A stretch of 64,000 bases of DNA from Glycera tridactyla (lineage: Eukaryota). The stretch spans positions 42,904,001 through 42,968,000 of the forward strand of contig OZ286459.1 of the NCBI GenBank assembly GCA_965644265.1. Reading direction: 5' to 3'. Under the pieces are notes generated by a model. That model made no database searches. It saw only the letters and a program-made list of their open reading frames with translations, and was not told the DNA's origin. Shown here piece by piece: positions 1 through 12,187 of the stretch. The position numbers and the translations under genes are program-made. Position 1 is the first letter of the stretch. Every line of letters begins with the position of its first letter.

Positions 1-1224
1 AATGTCAAATAGGAAAGCTGCCCTGCAGAAGTGGTAACCCATCGGAGGTATTCTCTCGTTGGAGGTCTCTCGCTGTAGGTCTCATAGTAAATGATCATCT
101 CCACCTCTCATCTCCCATCACAGTATATTCAAACAAACTGTCAGCATTTTATCCATGACTCAGTAATCATTTCCACCTACCCATCTATCAATCACCTGCA
201 GATTATTCACCCCAATCTGCGGTAGTCAAGGCTATGACCATCAACTATGAAAGATTACTGGTTAAAATTGAACACATTATGATCACAAAACATTTGCTGA
301 TGTCTTCATGCACCAACCACTATGGGACTGCGTCAATGTGTCTTCATTTTGAGCAAATCTAGTACAACTCGAGTGATGAGAAAAGAGCCATAAAGATGCT
401 GAAGAATGTCTTTGAATCCATTCCATTCTATCAATGCAGTGAAACCTACAATGAAAGTCTGCCCTAAATGTAACCAAAATGCAATCTCTGATGATAGGTG
501 GTCTCTCGTCAGAGGTATATTTGATTATGTCAAATAGAGAAGCTGCCTCAAGAGAGTGTTCACCTGTCAGAGGTGGTCTCTCATCTAGCCTGTGAAGGGG
601 TAAGTATCTGATCACTATATGTTCATATAGATATCATGCATCCAGCATTGGTGAGTTTGAATTATACTAACTGCCTCATGCCTAAGTGCAAAGATTGCGT
701 ACATTGCACTTCTGAAGAACATTTCTGGTGAAGATGAGTACCAGCGGGGGGAGGGGGGTGCAGGATCTCATTGGGTACGGGCATATGAAGGGCAATATAT
801 GGTATTTATCAAGTAGTGGTGATGGAGGTGGCCAATTTCAGGGTGAATCAGGATTTCAGTGAAACATGTCCCCTATGTTTCATTATGTATGAAACACTGT
901 GAAGCAAAAACAGGAAGAGATGAGGTCGACCACACTCTCACCATCTGTTGGAGCCATGATTATAGCAATTAACTCAGCCAGCATGATGCATTTCCACCCA
1001 AATAGACAGAGATGACGGCATGTACAGTGAAACCTGCAATGAAAGATCCCCAACAAGAAACCATCTCTAATGGGAGACCACTTCTGCAGGGCACAGCAGC
1101 TTTTCTATTTGACATGGTTAAATAAACCAATGATGAGTGGTATATACCACCTGTTTTGAAAAACTGCTTTTTGGTGACAATCAGGGTGGCCTCTTGTTAC
1201 CTCTTTCACTTTACAGCTAGTGAC

Positions 1225-1700
1225 AGCTAGGGTAACTTCACTACTCAAAGATGGAGGTTGTAGCTAGTTGAACAACTACAGACTGATTTCAGTCCTGCCT
1301 GTGAAGGACAAAATACTTGAAGGACCATTCATGATCAACTTTATCATTTCTTCGATCTATTGGGATTTCTTAATCAGAATCACTGTAGTTTCAGAAATGG
1401 CAATCCAACAGATCCCCTCTACACTTACCACTCTTGTCCAAGTTTGTGAGAAGCTTGAAATGAGTAGGAGGTTGGACTAGATTTCTTGGATCTGAAAAAG
1501 GCATTTGACAATGGCGCACACCACATATTCACTAACTCAATTAAAATGGGAAATGCCTGTATCCAAAACTGACTCTCAAACAGGCAATGGTCCACTGGGT
1601 TTGATAGAGACCCCTCTCCCTCATCCAATCAGATATGGGGTACCTCAGAGGACTATTTTAAACCCATGTTATTCATTATCTATATTGATTACCTGTTTGT
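1225..1700 (+). mobile_element. CR1/L2-clade LINE RT relic
   Basis: NNYRLISVLPV.DKILE, FLDLKKAFD and YGVPQRTILNP motifs across frameshifts. Confidence 0.8.
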
Positions 1701-3939
1701 GAGTGTCAGAATCGGTGATTGAGTGTAAGACACTCTTGGTGCCAAACAATGATTTCAGCCTGTAGCACAGCACATCTGACTGGGCAGGCTTGGCTTATCC
1801 ACCAAATTGTTTCCCATGATGAGAGACATCCCACCCAGTACTTTCATGCATAATTTCAAAGTTTCAGTAGAGACTGCATTCAAGTTTGCTTTGCGGATAT
1901 ACTTGACCATAGATAGGAGCAAGTGTTTTGAGTGTCTAGTATATGATAGGCATCATACACCACCTCTGTACAGCTCAGCATTTCTTCTGTCCATGAAGCT
2001 ATTTTTCACTTGAAGCTGGAAATGTGAGATGATTATCACTCAAATACAATCAGTAACCAATGCTGTATGGCTTGAATGACTGAGGGTATGACATGACAGA
2101 TTGCCATTATTNNNNNNNNNNNNNNNNNNNNNNNNNNNNNNNNNNNNNNNNNNNNNNNNNNNNNNNNNNNNNNNNNNNNNNNNNNNNNNNNNNNNNNNNN
2201 NNNNNNNNNNNNNNNNNNNNNNNNNNNNNNNNNNNNNNNNNNNNNNNNNNNNNNNNNNNNNNNNNNNNNNNNNNNNNNNNNNNNNNNNNNNNNNNNNNNN
2301 NNNNNNNNNNNNNNNNNNNCCTGTTGAGCAGTGATTTTGGGCTGACATTTTATTGTATAAGAATCAATTATGCAAGGTCTGCACACACCAAAGGTTATAC
2401 ATTCCACTATGATCATATCGCATTTTTACTATTCCAATGGGTCTTACACATTAACTCGGTGATGCGATGGATGAAGCAGTGTATTGGTAGGTGGTCTGCT
2501 AACAACGTACACAGTTGCCGAAGAACTTATGACATTTATATATTTTATTCATAGTGGACTTATAGTTCATCCATCACTGTCACAACATGGCTGCCTACAT
2601 AATAATCCCCAGGAAGCCTGTCAGCAGGCAGATATATATATCCTTGAATATTAGGCTTTTGATATCACAGTGGAATCTGTGATGAAAGACTGCCATAAAT
2701 GTCGCCAAAAAGGCAGACTTGCAAAACATGTCCCTCATATCTGACTAACTCAAACAACAAAGCAATGCAGAGAATGCACTCTTCTCTTGAGGGATTGGTC
2801 TATTAGGGCCTGCCATAAAGAAACCCCTTCAGATACATGGAGACACTCAGAACAGTTTGAATGAGTGTACTGTAATGAAATATAGAAATCTTATCTATTC
2901 ATGCAGGGAAACTCAGGATGCCAACATCCATGTAGCACCACAGCAGGTGAGAAACTGAATTCTCGCATCAACAGTGGAACCCTGGTAATATGCTTTCACC
3001 TAACATCACATTGCTTGGTAGCATGGTAACTCCAAACATGTCTGTAGAAGACAATTAACCATTGAAAGAGTCGTCCAGCAACATCGATGACATCACAGTG
3101 GATCAACTTCTTTGTGGTGAAGGGGTCAATGCCCTTGGGTGCCAGTGGGCCTCAGTCTGGAGTTGACTGTGTCTACCGGAGTGGCCACAGGGCAAGAAGT
3201 TAGGCTCTGTGGGCATTGTAATGTGTTGAAAAAATTGCTGTTTCGTCCCTCAGGGGATCATCAGGTGCAAAGAAGGTGGTCAGTCACATGTGTGTCCAAC
3301 ATATACAGCCAAGAAAAGCAATGTAACTTCCGGAGATTTCCAGAGGATTGACAATACTCCTTATAAATTCACTCCCAGATTAGTCTTTCACAATCATGAA
3401 TTTATGAATATTACCATAAAAAAAAGCAATCAGTACTTCATTTGCTATATACAACCACATTCAAAATGGTATAAAATACTGTGAGTCACAAGTTGAAATG
3501 AGCAAAAATATTCAAGTATACAGTCAAATCTGACTTTGATGGCAGACTCACATTGCCATGTTGAATCGTGGAATGAACATGCCATGCCAGCTGGATAATC
3601 TTATTCAAGTCTTCATTCTGGCCTTAAGGCAGTTGACCCCAAAATGCAATCTTCTCAAGAGAGAGATAAGATAAGATAAGATGAGATAAATTTTATTTAA
3701 AGTTGCTCCATTTACAAACAAAAAACATTAGCTATAGAGCTATTAGGCAACTGACAAGTGATCAAATAAAAGAATTTGTGATGCACAGAGAATGGGCCAT
3801 CACTTGTGGTATTCTTACTTCACCCCCATGAAGCCCCAATATTTTTCAAACAGTCCTCTATCAATACAAATTAAACAGTAGGGAAGGAAGGGAATGGTGT
3901 GTATAATTTCTTGGTAGAAGAAGTTTAGACTTTACTCAC

Positions 3940-4295
3940 AGCGTAGTTTGGAAAGCAGGAGCTTTCAGACGTATCCATCCGGCGTCTTTTCTCAACTATG
4001 ACAGCTGCGTTTGTGCGTCGTCACGTGACTCCGTTGTTGGAGAAGAGTCACGTGACAGCTTGACGATCTCCCTGTATATGGCCGGGAGGGTGTGGCGCCC
4101 TCGGTCCCGGTTGAGATCCGGCCCTTTCTCGAGGATGTTAATGGCCTCTCGTACTCCCCGCTTGAACCAGTTGGGCTCACACTCCAGGATCTTTACGTCT
4201 CCCTCATCGAAGGAGTGACCACATTGTATCATGTGGGCTCCCACAGGTGTGTATAATTGTTTTAGTGGAGAGAGCAAAGGAGTAGATGAAATCAA
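3940..4295 (-). mobile_element. Penelope-like element 3' fragment (GIY-YIG C-terminus plus pLTR)
   Basis: VKILECEPNWFKRGVREAINI....PDLNRDRGRHTLPAIY is the typical PLE endonuclease tail, followed by a hammerhead-like motif at 3955-3999. Confidence 0.85.
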
Positions 4296-4620
4296 TGACA
4301 GGTATAATGAATGACTTCAGAGTATTTGTATAGGTCTTAAATAACACAGGTATGAACAGCAGAAGCATTGTCAATTACCAGGGAAGCTCATACAATGATG
4401 AAAGCAAAGCCAAGAGAAGTGTCATTCATCACAGGGCAGCACCCTGATAACATGCGTTCCAAAATCCGCTGCAACACTTGATGATAAGCATTCTGTGAAA
4501 GTTTGGTGAAAATCACATATGAAATGAATTGCACAGCCATGAAAGTGTGATGGACTGACAGACTGGTGGACGCCTACCATTTCTATATCCCTACGCCTTT
4601 TGGCAAGGGATAATAAGTGA

Positions 4621-5340
4621 CAGGGCTCTACGTTGCGAGCCACAGGTCGCCTATTGCGAGTAAAAAACATGGATGCGAGTGGACAAAAATACCCGGTCAC
4701 CAGCTTGCGAACACCGATCGAATCACTGACAATTGCGACTAATTTTGTCACTAAACTCACAAATACAACGATGCGAACATATATTTCCCGCGACCGCCAT
4801 TTTGTCTCCTCCAAAAACAAACCTTATTCCCTTAGAGATCGCAGCGTACAAACATGATATAGAGGGAAAATCCGACATGAGACCCGGGTTGTAGGGAATA
4901 TGGAGCGAGAGAAACGGGGATGCCATCGAGAATATTCCGCATAAATTATGTTAATGCAGGGCTTTCCCGCCGGAAGCCGTGCTGATAAATTGTGCCTCGC
5001 ATCTCTATTAGACATTTATTAGCCAAACTCTATCGCAATCCAGCATTAATATGATGCAAGAATACATCGTGTCATGAAAATAACCACTAAACCATGGTGG
5101 AGAGCGCGATTCGACAAGCTTTTACGGTACATGTCAATATTCGATGTATTCGGCCATAGGACCTAATGGACTACCATGGGCGGTCGACTCGTGACTCGCA
5201 CCGAGGACCGCAGCCCTAGATTCCTTAAGGAGGGATAGTCATATGAGATGAAAAACTGTCTTGGCGACCAAAAAAGTGGCTGGCGACCAAATTGAAAATC
5301 AGTTTGCTACTAAAAAAAATGCCTGGCCTGGCGGAGAAAA
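4621..5340 (+). mobile_element. Non-autonomous DNA element (hAT-like CAGGGCTCT start), copy 1
   Basis: Several hundred bp are homologous, in inverted orientation, to 56050-56802; TGCGAG/GGCGACC subterminal motifs. Right end is uncertain. Confidence 0.55.
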
Positions 5341-8066
5341 ATGACAAAGTTAACATACGAAATATAACGAGGAGACAAGTGGTCATTGATCCCATTATAG
5401 ACTCAGGAGAAAATATTTGTTCAAATTAAGGCAGGGGAGATGGGCCTTGTATATCAGGGTCCAAAACTATAGGTCTCAAATAAACACAGGTATGACCAAC
5501 AGAAGCATTGTCAATTACCGGGGAAGCAAAGCCAAGAGAAGTGTCGATCATCACAGGGAGGTGTTACGTAATACAGACAGAGTTAATGGGCCATAAAATG
5601 CATGTAAAATCCAACAAAGGGCAATAACTCCTTCAAAAATGATCCACCTTAAAGTGAAGTATTGGCCAATTATGAAATTTCTCTGACTTATGATGAATCA
5701 TAGTAGTTTTTTTGCAGTGGGTGAGGACACATCATCTCAACTGTCAATTTCTGTTGAAGCTATGGTAATACAGCAAAACCTGTGATGGGAATCTACGTTA
5801 AATGTAACCAAAATGCTATCCCTTAAAAGAGGTGGTCTCATGTCAGAGGAATATTTGATTATGTCAATTTGAAAAGCTACCTCAAGAAAGCAGTTTTCCA
5901 TCAGAGGTGGTCTCTCATCGAGGGGTCCTTTGTCAGAAGTTTCAATGTACTGGTGGCGATGGCATGCTTTGCCACAGTCTTACTGAAATGTGAACCTAGG
6001 GGCTGTGAAAACCAATTGACTCACTTACTTGAGGTTTATCCTTCATCCCACAGCAGTATATGTGTCAGCATTCATTAGCAGCCAAGCAAAATGCCATGCC
6101 ATCAGGAGATCCTTTCTGAAGAGCCAGTCACTAGCCCCCAACCATGACATACATATCAAGTGAGATTGACTGAATAATTGCTAGCTATGGTCTCTCATCG
6201 AGGAGTCTTTCATCACAGGTTTCACTACAATGTTACCCTTTCCCCAGCCATCAGTCAGCAGTAACTGACTTTCTCACCTCCTCTCAACTGCATCCAAACA
6301 TACCAAAATGGAAAAACCTGTAACAAAGTCATAAACCTATTTCCCTGGTCTGCAGTAGATGATCAGTCAGGGCTCTAGTTGCTACCTGTGAGTAGCCAAT
6401 GGCTACCAAATCTACCCAAAATTTCAGAGATTAATAGCCAACGGCCCCTGAAATTTTGAGAGGTTGACTGGCAACCAACATCCAGCAATGACGACCAAAA
6501 AAGTCAAATTAGGGGCCAGCTGGTTCCTATAGATTTTGGGAATCATGGATGAAACACTTACAAGGATGTTCTGACAAGTAGCTTGAAACATGGTTGATGC
6601 CATCTTGATTATGAAAATCCCAATGAGAATATTGTTGATTGGAAAGAGAGGGCATGGCAAGTTTATAAGATTCGAGCAACACATTGCCTGTAATCAGACC
6701 CGAGAGCCTGTTTACACTGCTGCACTGAGTGACTATCCTTATTTCCAATTCAAAGTAGAAACATCATTTCACCATAAATGTTCCATGTGGATGACAATCT
6801 CTGACACCACCAACGACCAATAACGACTGTGTCATGTATTAGCAAAAATATTACTGAATCCGCCTGACTACTGAGACAAATTCTAGAAGCTACCTCTAGA
6901 TTTTGTGCAGCCAGTCAGTCTTCTGTTAATAGGCCTTGTGTGATAACAGCTTCTGTGGGGTACTGCCAGATTGCATGTTTATCAGCAGAGTACAAGCTTC
7001 ACTCATTCCCCCATTGACATATAATGGCAAAGAGACCATTGTATAATCTAAATGATACGATATTACACAATGATTTGGATGTAATCACAAATCAAACAAG
7101 ACCTACATCCAAACATGCATTGTATATTTGTTCCTGCGTGGAAGCAATCCATTCACAGGCCATTTGCAACGAATCACCAGAAAAGGCTGGTGTTTCTTTG
7201 ATTTATTTTTAATTCATCAAATGGGTCAGAGCCCTGGCATTGTCATTTTCCTATCATTACCATCATAATTCCTATTATCAGCATTATAATCATCGATATT
7301 TACCATCATTGCTGTAAATATCATCCCAGGAGATCAAATGCCGGCTGTGAGTATGAGGGTCTATTCCTGTATGCTGTATGTCACCACAGCTGCGGTGCCT
7401 CTTTTACTCAGCATTTTCATTTTTTCAGTCTGATACAAGCCAAGGAGGTTGGAAGGATGCTAAACAGACAACTATAAACATCATCATTATTGTCACTAAG
7501 GACTTGATTATTCGACATTTTGATAACTGGGATCTGCTCAGCTAGTGGTGAATGACAGAGTCAATGGTGACAGTTGAAGAGATGTCATGAGTATGAAGAA
7601 GGTTTCAATGACATGCACCACCTTGCGACTTGGCTGGGCTATCAGAACAACGAAAATCAATTGACACTGGTTGACAAACCACAAGCAGATCATCGCTTAC
7701 TCCCGCAAGCTAAAGTGTTGAGGTGGACAGATGGCACCAGGGCCCATTGAACACTCCCTGATTGTGTAATCTAACATTGCAGGAGATGGTTGGATCCAAA
7801 CACATAATCACTGGTAGCCCCTGACTACATACAATTAGCAATGAAGGGCCCTGCTCATGCATAATCATCAGCACCCACTCAGACTGTTTAGCATCCATTC
7901 CGGCATATTGCTGACCAACCAAGCATATCAATGATTAGCTGGCAATCACTGGAAGTCTGGAACCACAGAGCTTCTGCCCAAACAAATATGCATGCATTCT
8001 AATCTTAAAGATATCACGTCTCCTGGTTCACTACTCACATATATGTACAAGATATATATACATGTA

Positions 8067-8167
8067 CAGTATATTCAAAGAGAGTTGAGACCTGGGAGGA
8101 AGGGCTGCCCATCCGCCTGACACGGGGTAGCTGGCAGTTGAGGTCTCAACTCCCGTGGAATAGACTG
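8067..8167. mobile_element. 101-bp hairpin MITE
   Basis: TA flanks; ~27-bp imperfect TIR CAGT(A/C)TATTC...AGTTGAGACCT. Confidence 0.75.
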
Positions 8168-8616
8168 TAGTTACAATATCATCTTGCCACAATTCATAAA
8201 TAGATGTGAAGTTGTGCTGTGTCCGGATATTACTGCTTTGTGTTTTTGAAGTGGACTCTAAAAGCTACATAAGAGGGAGATCTTGATCCAATAGCTTTAT
8301 GGATATCAGCAAATAAAATATGTTTAGATGTATAAAGATCAAGTCTATGTGTTTTCAGATATATCAGAATTAAGAAAAGATAGTGATCATACAAAAATTA
8401 ATATTTGGAGATCACATTGGACAAGGCCCTGAATCCCAATACTTGCATTGACACACCCCTTTTTGCACTCAGTGACCTTGAAATTTAAGATGGCCACAAC
8501 AAAATGTATAGGTGTCTTGGAGAGTATGTATACCAAACTCGAGATGGCAAGCCATGACACTTTTTGGGTTATCATTCAGAAACCATCTTTCTATCATCAT
8601 TATTTTGATACCATCA

Positions 8617-8969
8617 CAGTCTTCGAATTTAGCACTCTCCCGAATCCCGGGGAGAGTGGATTTGATTTCGGGAGAGTAAAACTTCCAACTCACTCTCCCG
8701 ATGGGACAGTGGGAATATTTTAGTTGATGTGAGAGTGATGGATTTTCTGTGAAGACAGAACACCACAATTTTGATTACACCAACAATAATCCCTAGTCCC
8801 TGTGAGCAGGCTTTGCATTTGCCTGCACATGTATGATTCTGAAGAACTAACTTAAGGAAAATATATATTAGTGGGACTTGGGGAGAGTGAATTCATTTTC
8901 GGGAGAGTGATTCTCCCAATCTGCTCTCCTGATGGGAGAGTGGCTGAAAAAAGTTTTTCGTGAAGACTG
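8617..8969. mobile_element. hAT-like MITE with 6-bp TSD
   Basis: CAGTCTTC...GAAGACTG ends; CCATCA on both flanks; repeated CTCTCCCG/GGGAGAG subterminal motifs. Confidence 0.7.
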
Positions 8970-9388
8970 CCATCATATCATAACACATACACATCAAAAG
9001 ACATGATATAGGGAACCTGAGATACACTGTCACACAGTGAGACAGTGAGCTGTTAATGACATCAAGCAGTGTAGGGATAGATGGAAGTTTCATCTGGCAG
9101 CTATTTTCCCTCTGATGAATGATGTTATAATGCTATCACCTGATTTAACAGACAACAGTCTTTTTCTGAAACTGAGATATTCACAACAGAATACTGCATC
9201 CACTGCCTATCTTGCCTTGGTATACTACATTTTCCAACCTCATTACATGGACACATATGGTGCATGAGGAGTTGCTATTGCCAACAGAAATACAGGCATA
9301 AGTCAGTTTGCTTGAATTCGTTTCCTCATTCATTTCACTTGTAGTATGAGCTGTATTTTGCCTGTAGAAATGTATCCATGTCTAAATA

Positions 9389-9565
9389 CAGTGAAACCTG
9401 CGACGAGAGACCCCCCGACGAGAGACCACCTCTGACGGGAGACCGCTTTTTCAGGGCAGAGTTTCTATTTGACATTGTCAAATATACCTCCGACGAGAGA
9501 CCACCTCTTTTGAGAGACCGCTTTTTGGTGACATTTAGGGTGGTCTCTCATTGCAGGTCTCACTG
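9389..9565. mobile_element. Tc1/mariner-type (pogo/Tigger-like) MITE, ~177 bp
   Basis: TA|CAGTGAAACCTGC...GCAGGTCTCACTG|TA with internal GAGACCAC repeats. Confidence 0.85.
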
Positions 9566-9757
9566 TACCTGTGTCTATGTGTCTGGCAGGCATTTTATTT
9601 CCTCATCAGTAATCTGTGTTCATTTGAAATACCTAATTAACATCTCTGGTGAGCAGAAAAGGGATGCTTACAGAATTCACTCATGGCTTTCCTGAGATAA
9701 AATGACACCTCAATTGCAATTACAGTAAAACCTGTCTTAAGACAGGATTCTGCTTAT

Positions 9758-10420
9758 AGCAAGAAATCATGGGGTGTTGTCCTGACAAGTTATACACCAC
9801 GAGGTGTGTATTGTCAGTATAATTCACGAGGCTGAAGGCCGAGTGGATTATACTGACAATACACTCCGAGTGGTGTATAGCTTGTCAGGACAACACCCCA
9901 TGATTTCTTGCTTATATACCACGATTCATCATGCTAATTGAAGGCTGTTAGCTTATTGGAGTGGAATTCAGTCTATTTGTTGATCCCATTTATCCCATCA
10001 TGAACCTTTTGTATGAAACATACAGGAGTTACAATGTATATTAAACATGAACAGATGAGCCGAATGTCACTCAAAATTAGCTAAGGATCCTACAGTATCC
10101 ATGCTGAACAGGGCAGATCATGCGAAATCCAACAGTATATTTTGTTTGGGTGTAGACCCTAAATTCGTGACATGCCATGTAAAATTGAATAGACTATGAA
10201 TCATTTTACAGACAGTTTAGCCGCCTGCCGATCACGCTGCATGGAACGTGTCAACAGTGAAGAGACAATGGGCGGTCACGTGACTACGCATTGTGACGTA
10301 GCTGCGTGTACCGGTGGTCCTGACGAGTTATATTCAACACCCCTATATTCAACCGTAGCTAGCGCTATTCGTGGTATATTAGCAAAGGATTTTCACATGG
10401 GCGATAATAATCGTGTATAA
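9758..10420. mobile_element. Unclassified element with a 155-bp terminal palindrome
   Basis: Near-perfect hairpin 9758-9912 centred on CACGAGGCTGAAGGCCGAGTG; short IR TTATATACCACGATT (9912) / AATCGTGTATAA (10409). Confidence 0.65.
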
Positions 10421-12011
10421 GATTCATGACTTCAGGCATCTCTGGCGAAGAATGGAGCATATTGTCTGATCGTTCGCGCCTGCATGCTCACTGATGCTAG
10501 ACCAGTGGACTAACACTCACACAGAAACACCCGACACAACTCGCCATCGCTGTGATTACACGTGCGATCCATTCGCCAAACTGGCTTCCTCATGGTTCCG
10601 ATAGGCTGCGCAGTGCTCAAGAAATCGTCTTCTGGGCATATTGTTGACATCTCGTGACTGCATTATTAATTTCACTTCTGTAGCACATTTCGATTTATAT
10701 TTTCGGAAATCATATAGGAATATGACGGCCGTTGTGTGAGAGAAGAGATGATTTAGCCATTCCAAAAAATACATTCATTCAAAGAAGGGTGAGGACCGAT
10801 CATGCAAGATGCGCAGAAGACAAGTTTGCGGGCATATGGCAGGGAAGTGGAGACTGCCTGACAGAGGCTAGGAGTCATGAGTGGGGTCATTACGGATTTC
10901 CCAAGCGGAACTTGTAGAATTGCTCGCTTGCGAGTTTCGATGTCAATTTCGCTTTCGCGCAAATGTAGACTTGCTCAGGTGATGGGAGACAGGGGGAGCT
11001 GCAAAAACTGTGAACGTGGTCATCGCACCTCGAGATTCACGAGCAGCTTGCTGAAGAAGTGAGTTAATGTCAACTCCACTTTTTGCTCAATACAGGTTGG
11101 TGGGCTCCACAGGACCAAAAATAGCATTCTGTTGTTTATGTTAGACAGGTTTCTGCTTAATACAGGTCAATTATAGTGAAAAAATGTTCAGGCGGACCGT
11201 GGGGTATGCGCTTAAGGCAGGATTCCACCTAGCACAGGATTACACTCTGGGTTTTTCAAAGCAATTCAACAATGATTGCTTTTCTGACAAACAGATGCTA
11301 TGAAATCAAAATCTTACAAGAAGCCAGATAATATTGTTGGATCAGATTTAAGGATTATCAAAACATCTGTCACACCAACTTTTAGCAATATATACAATTA
11401 AAGTCCTCTACCCATAATACATTGCCAGCACAGTTCAAGCCCTATCAATCCCAACAAATTTTCGGTGATGATCTTTGGAACTGATAGAGAGCTTGCCTGT
11501 CTCATGCAACAGACATTCTCCAAACAAATTATGACTTTTCCACACTATACCATTCACTTATGTATTCTCACCAAATAGCAGTCTGGCACTCTTCAATGGA
11601 ATGTGTGTATTTGCATTGATAGCTGTACGGAATATGAGGATAAAAGCCAGGCCAGATCAAACCACATCACACTGAATGACCTCTTGATTCTTTAAGTAGA
11701 ATGCAGCTTGTAAAGCTAATGGCTTTGAGAGCCAGACTCTCACAACTTATATACATCTGTGTTATATAAAACCCATTCAACCACTAAATGCCTAGATATT
11801 ACATCCTACATGTTGAGAATTGGAAATCTCCAACTTCCACACACAGAATAGACCAACTGCACCATGTACCTTTCTTTTCTTTATTGTTAAGTCCAATGGA
11901 CTCTTATTGCATAGTCTCTATAAAACACCCAGTTTTTGGAAAATGAAATTGTACCACAAATTCCAGATTGCACACAGCAATAACAAAAGAATTTTCAATT
12001 TGAATTGAGTA

Positions 12012-12187
12012 CAATGAGACCTGCGACTGAAGACCGCCCCAAATGTCACCAAAAAGCGGTCTTTCAAAAGAGGTGGTCTCTTGTCGGAGGTATATTTGAC
12101 CATGTAAAATACAAAAGCCGCCCTGAAAAAGTGGTCCCCCATTGGAGGTGGTATCTCGTCGGGGGTCTCCTGTTGAAGATTTCACTG
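12012..12187. mobile_element. Same MITE family, opposite orientation
   Basis: TA flanks, TTTCACTG end, reverse-complement core. Confidence 0.8.
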
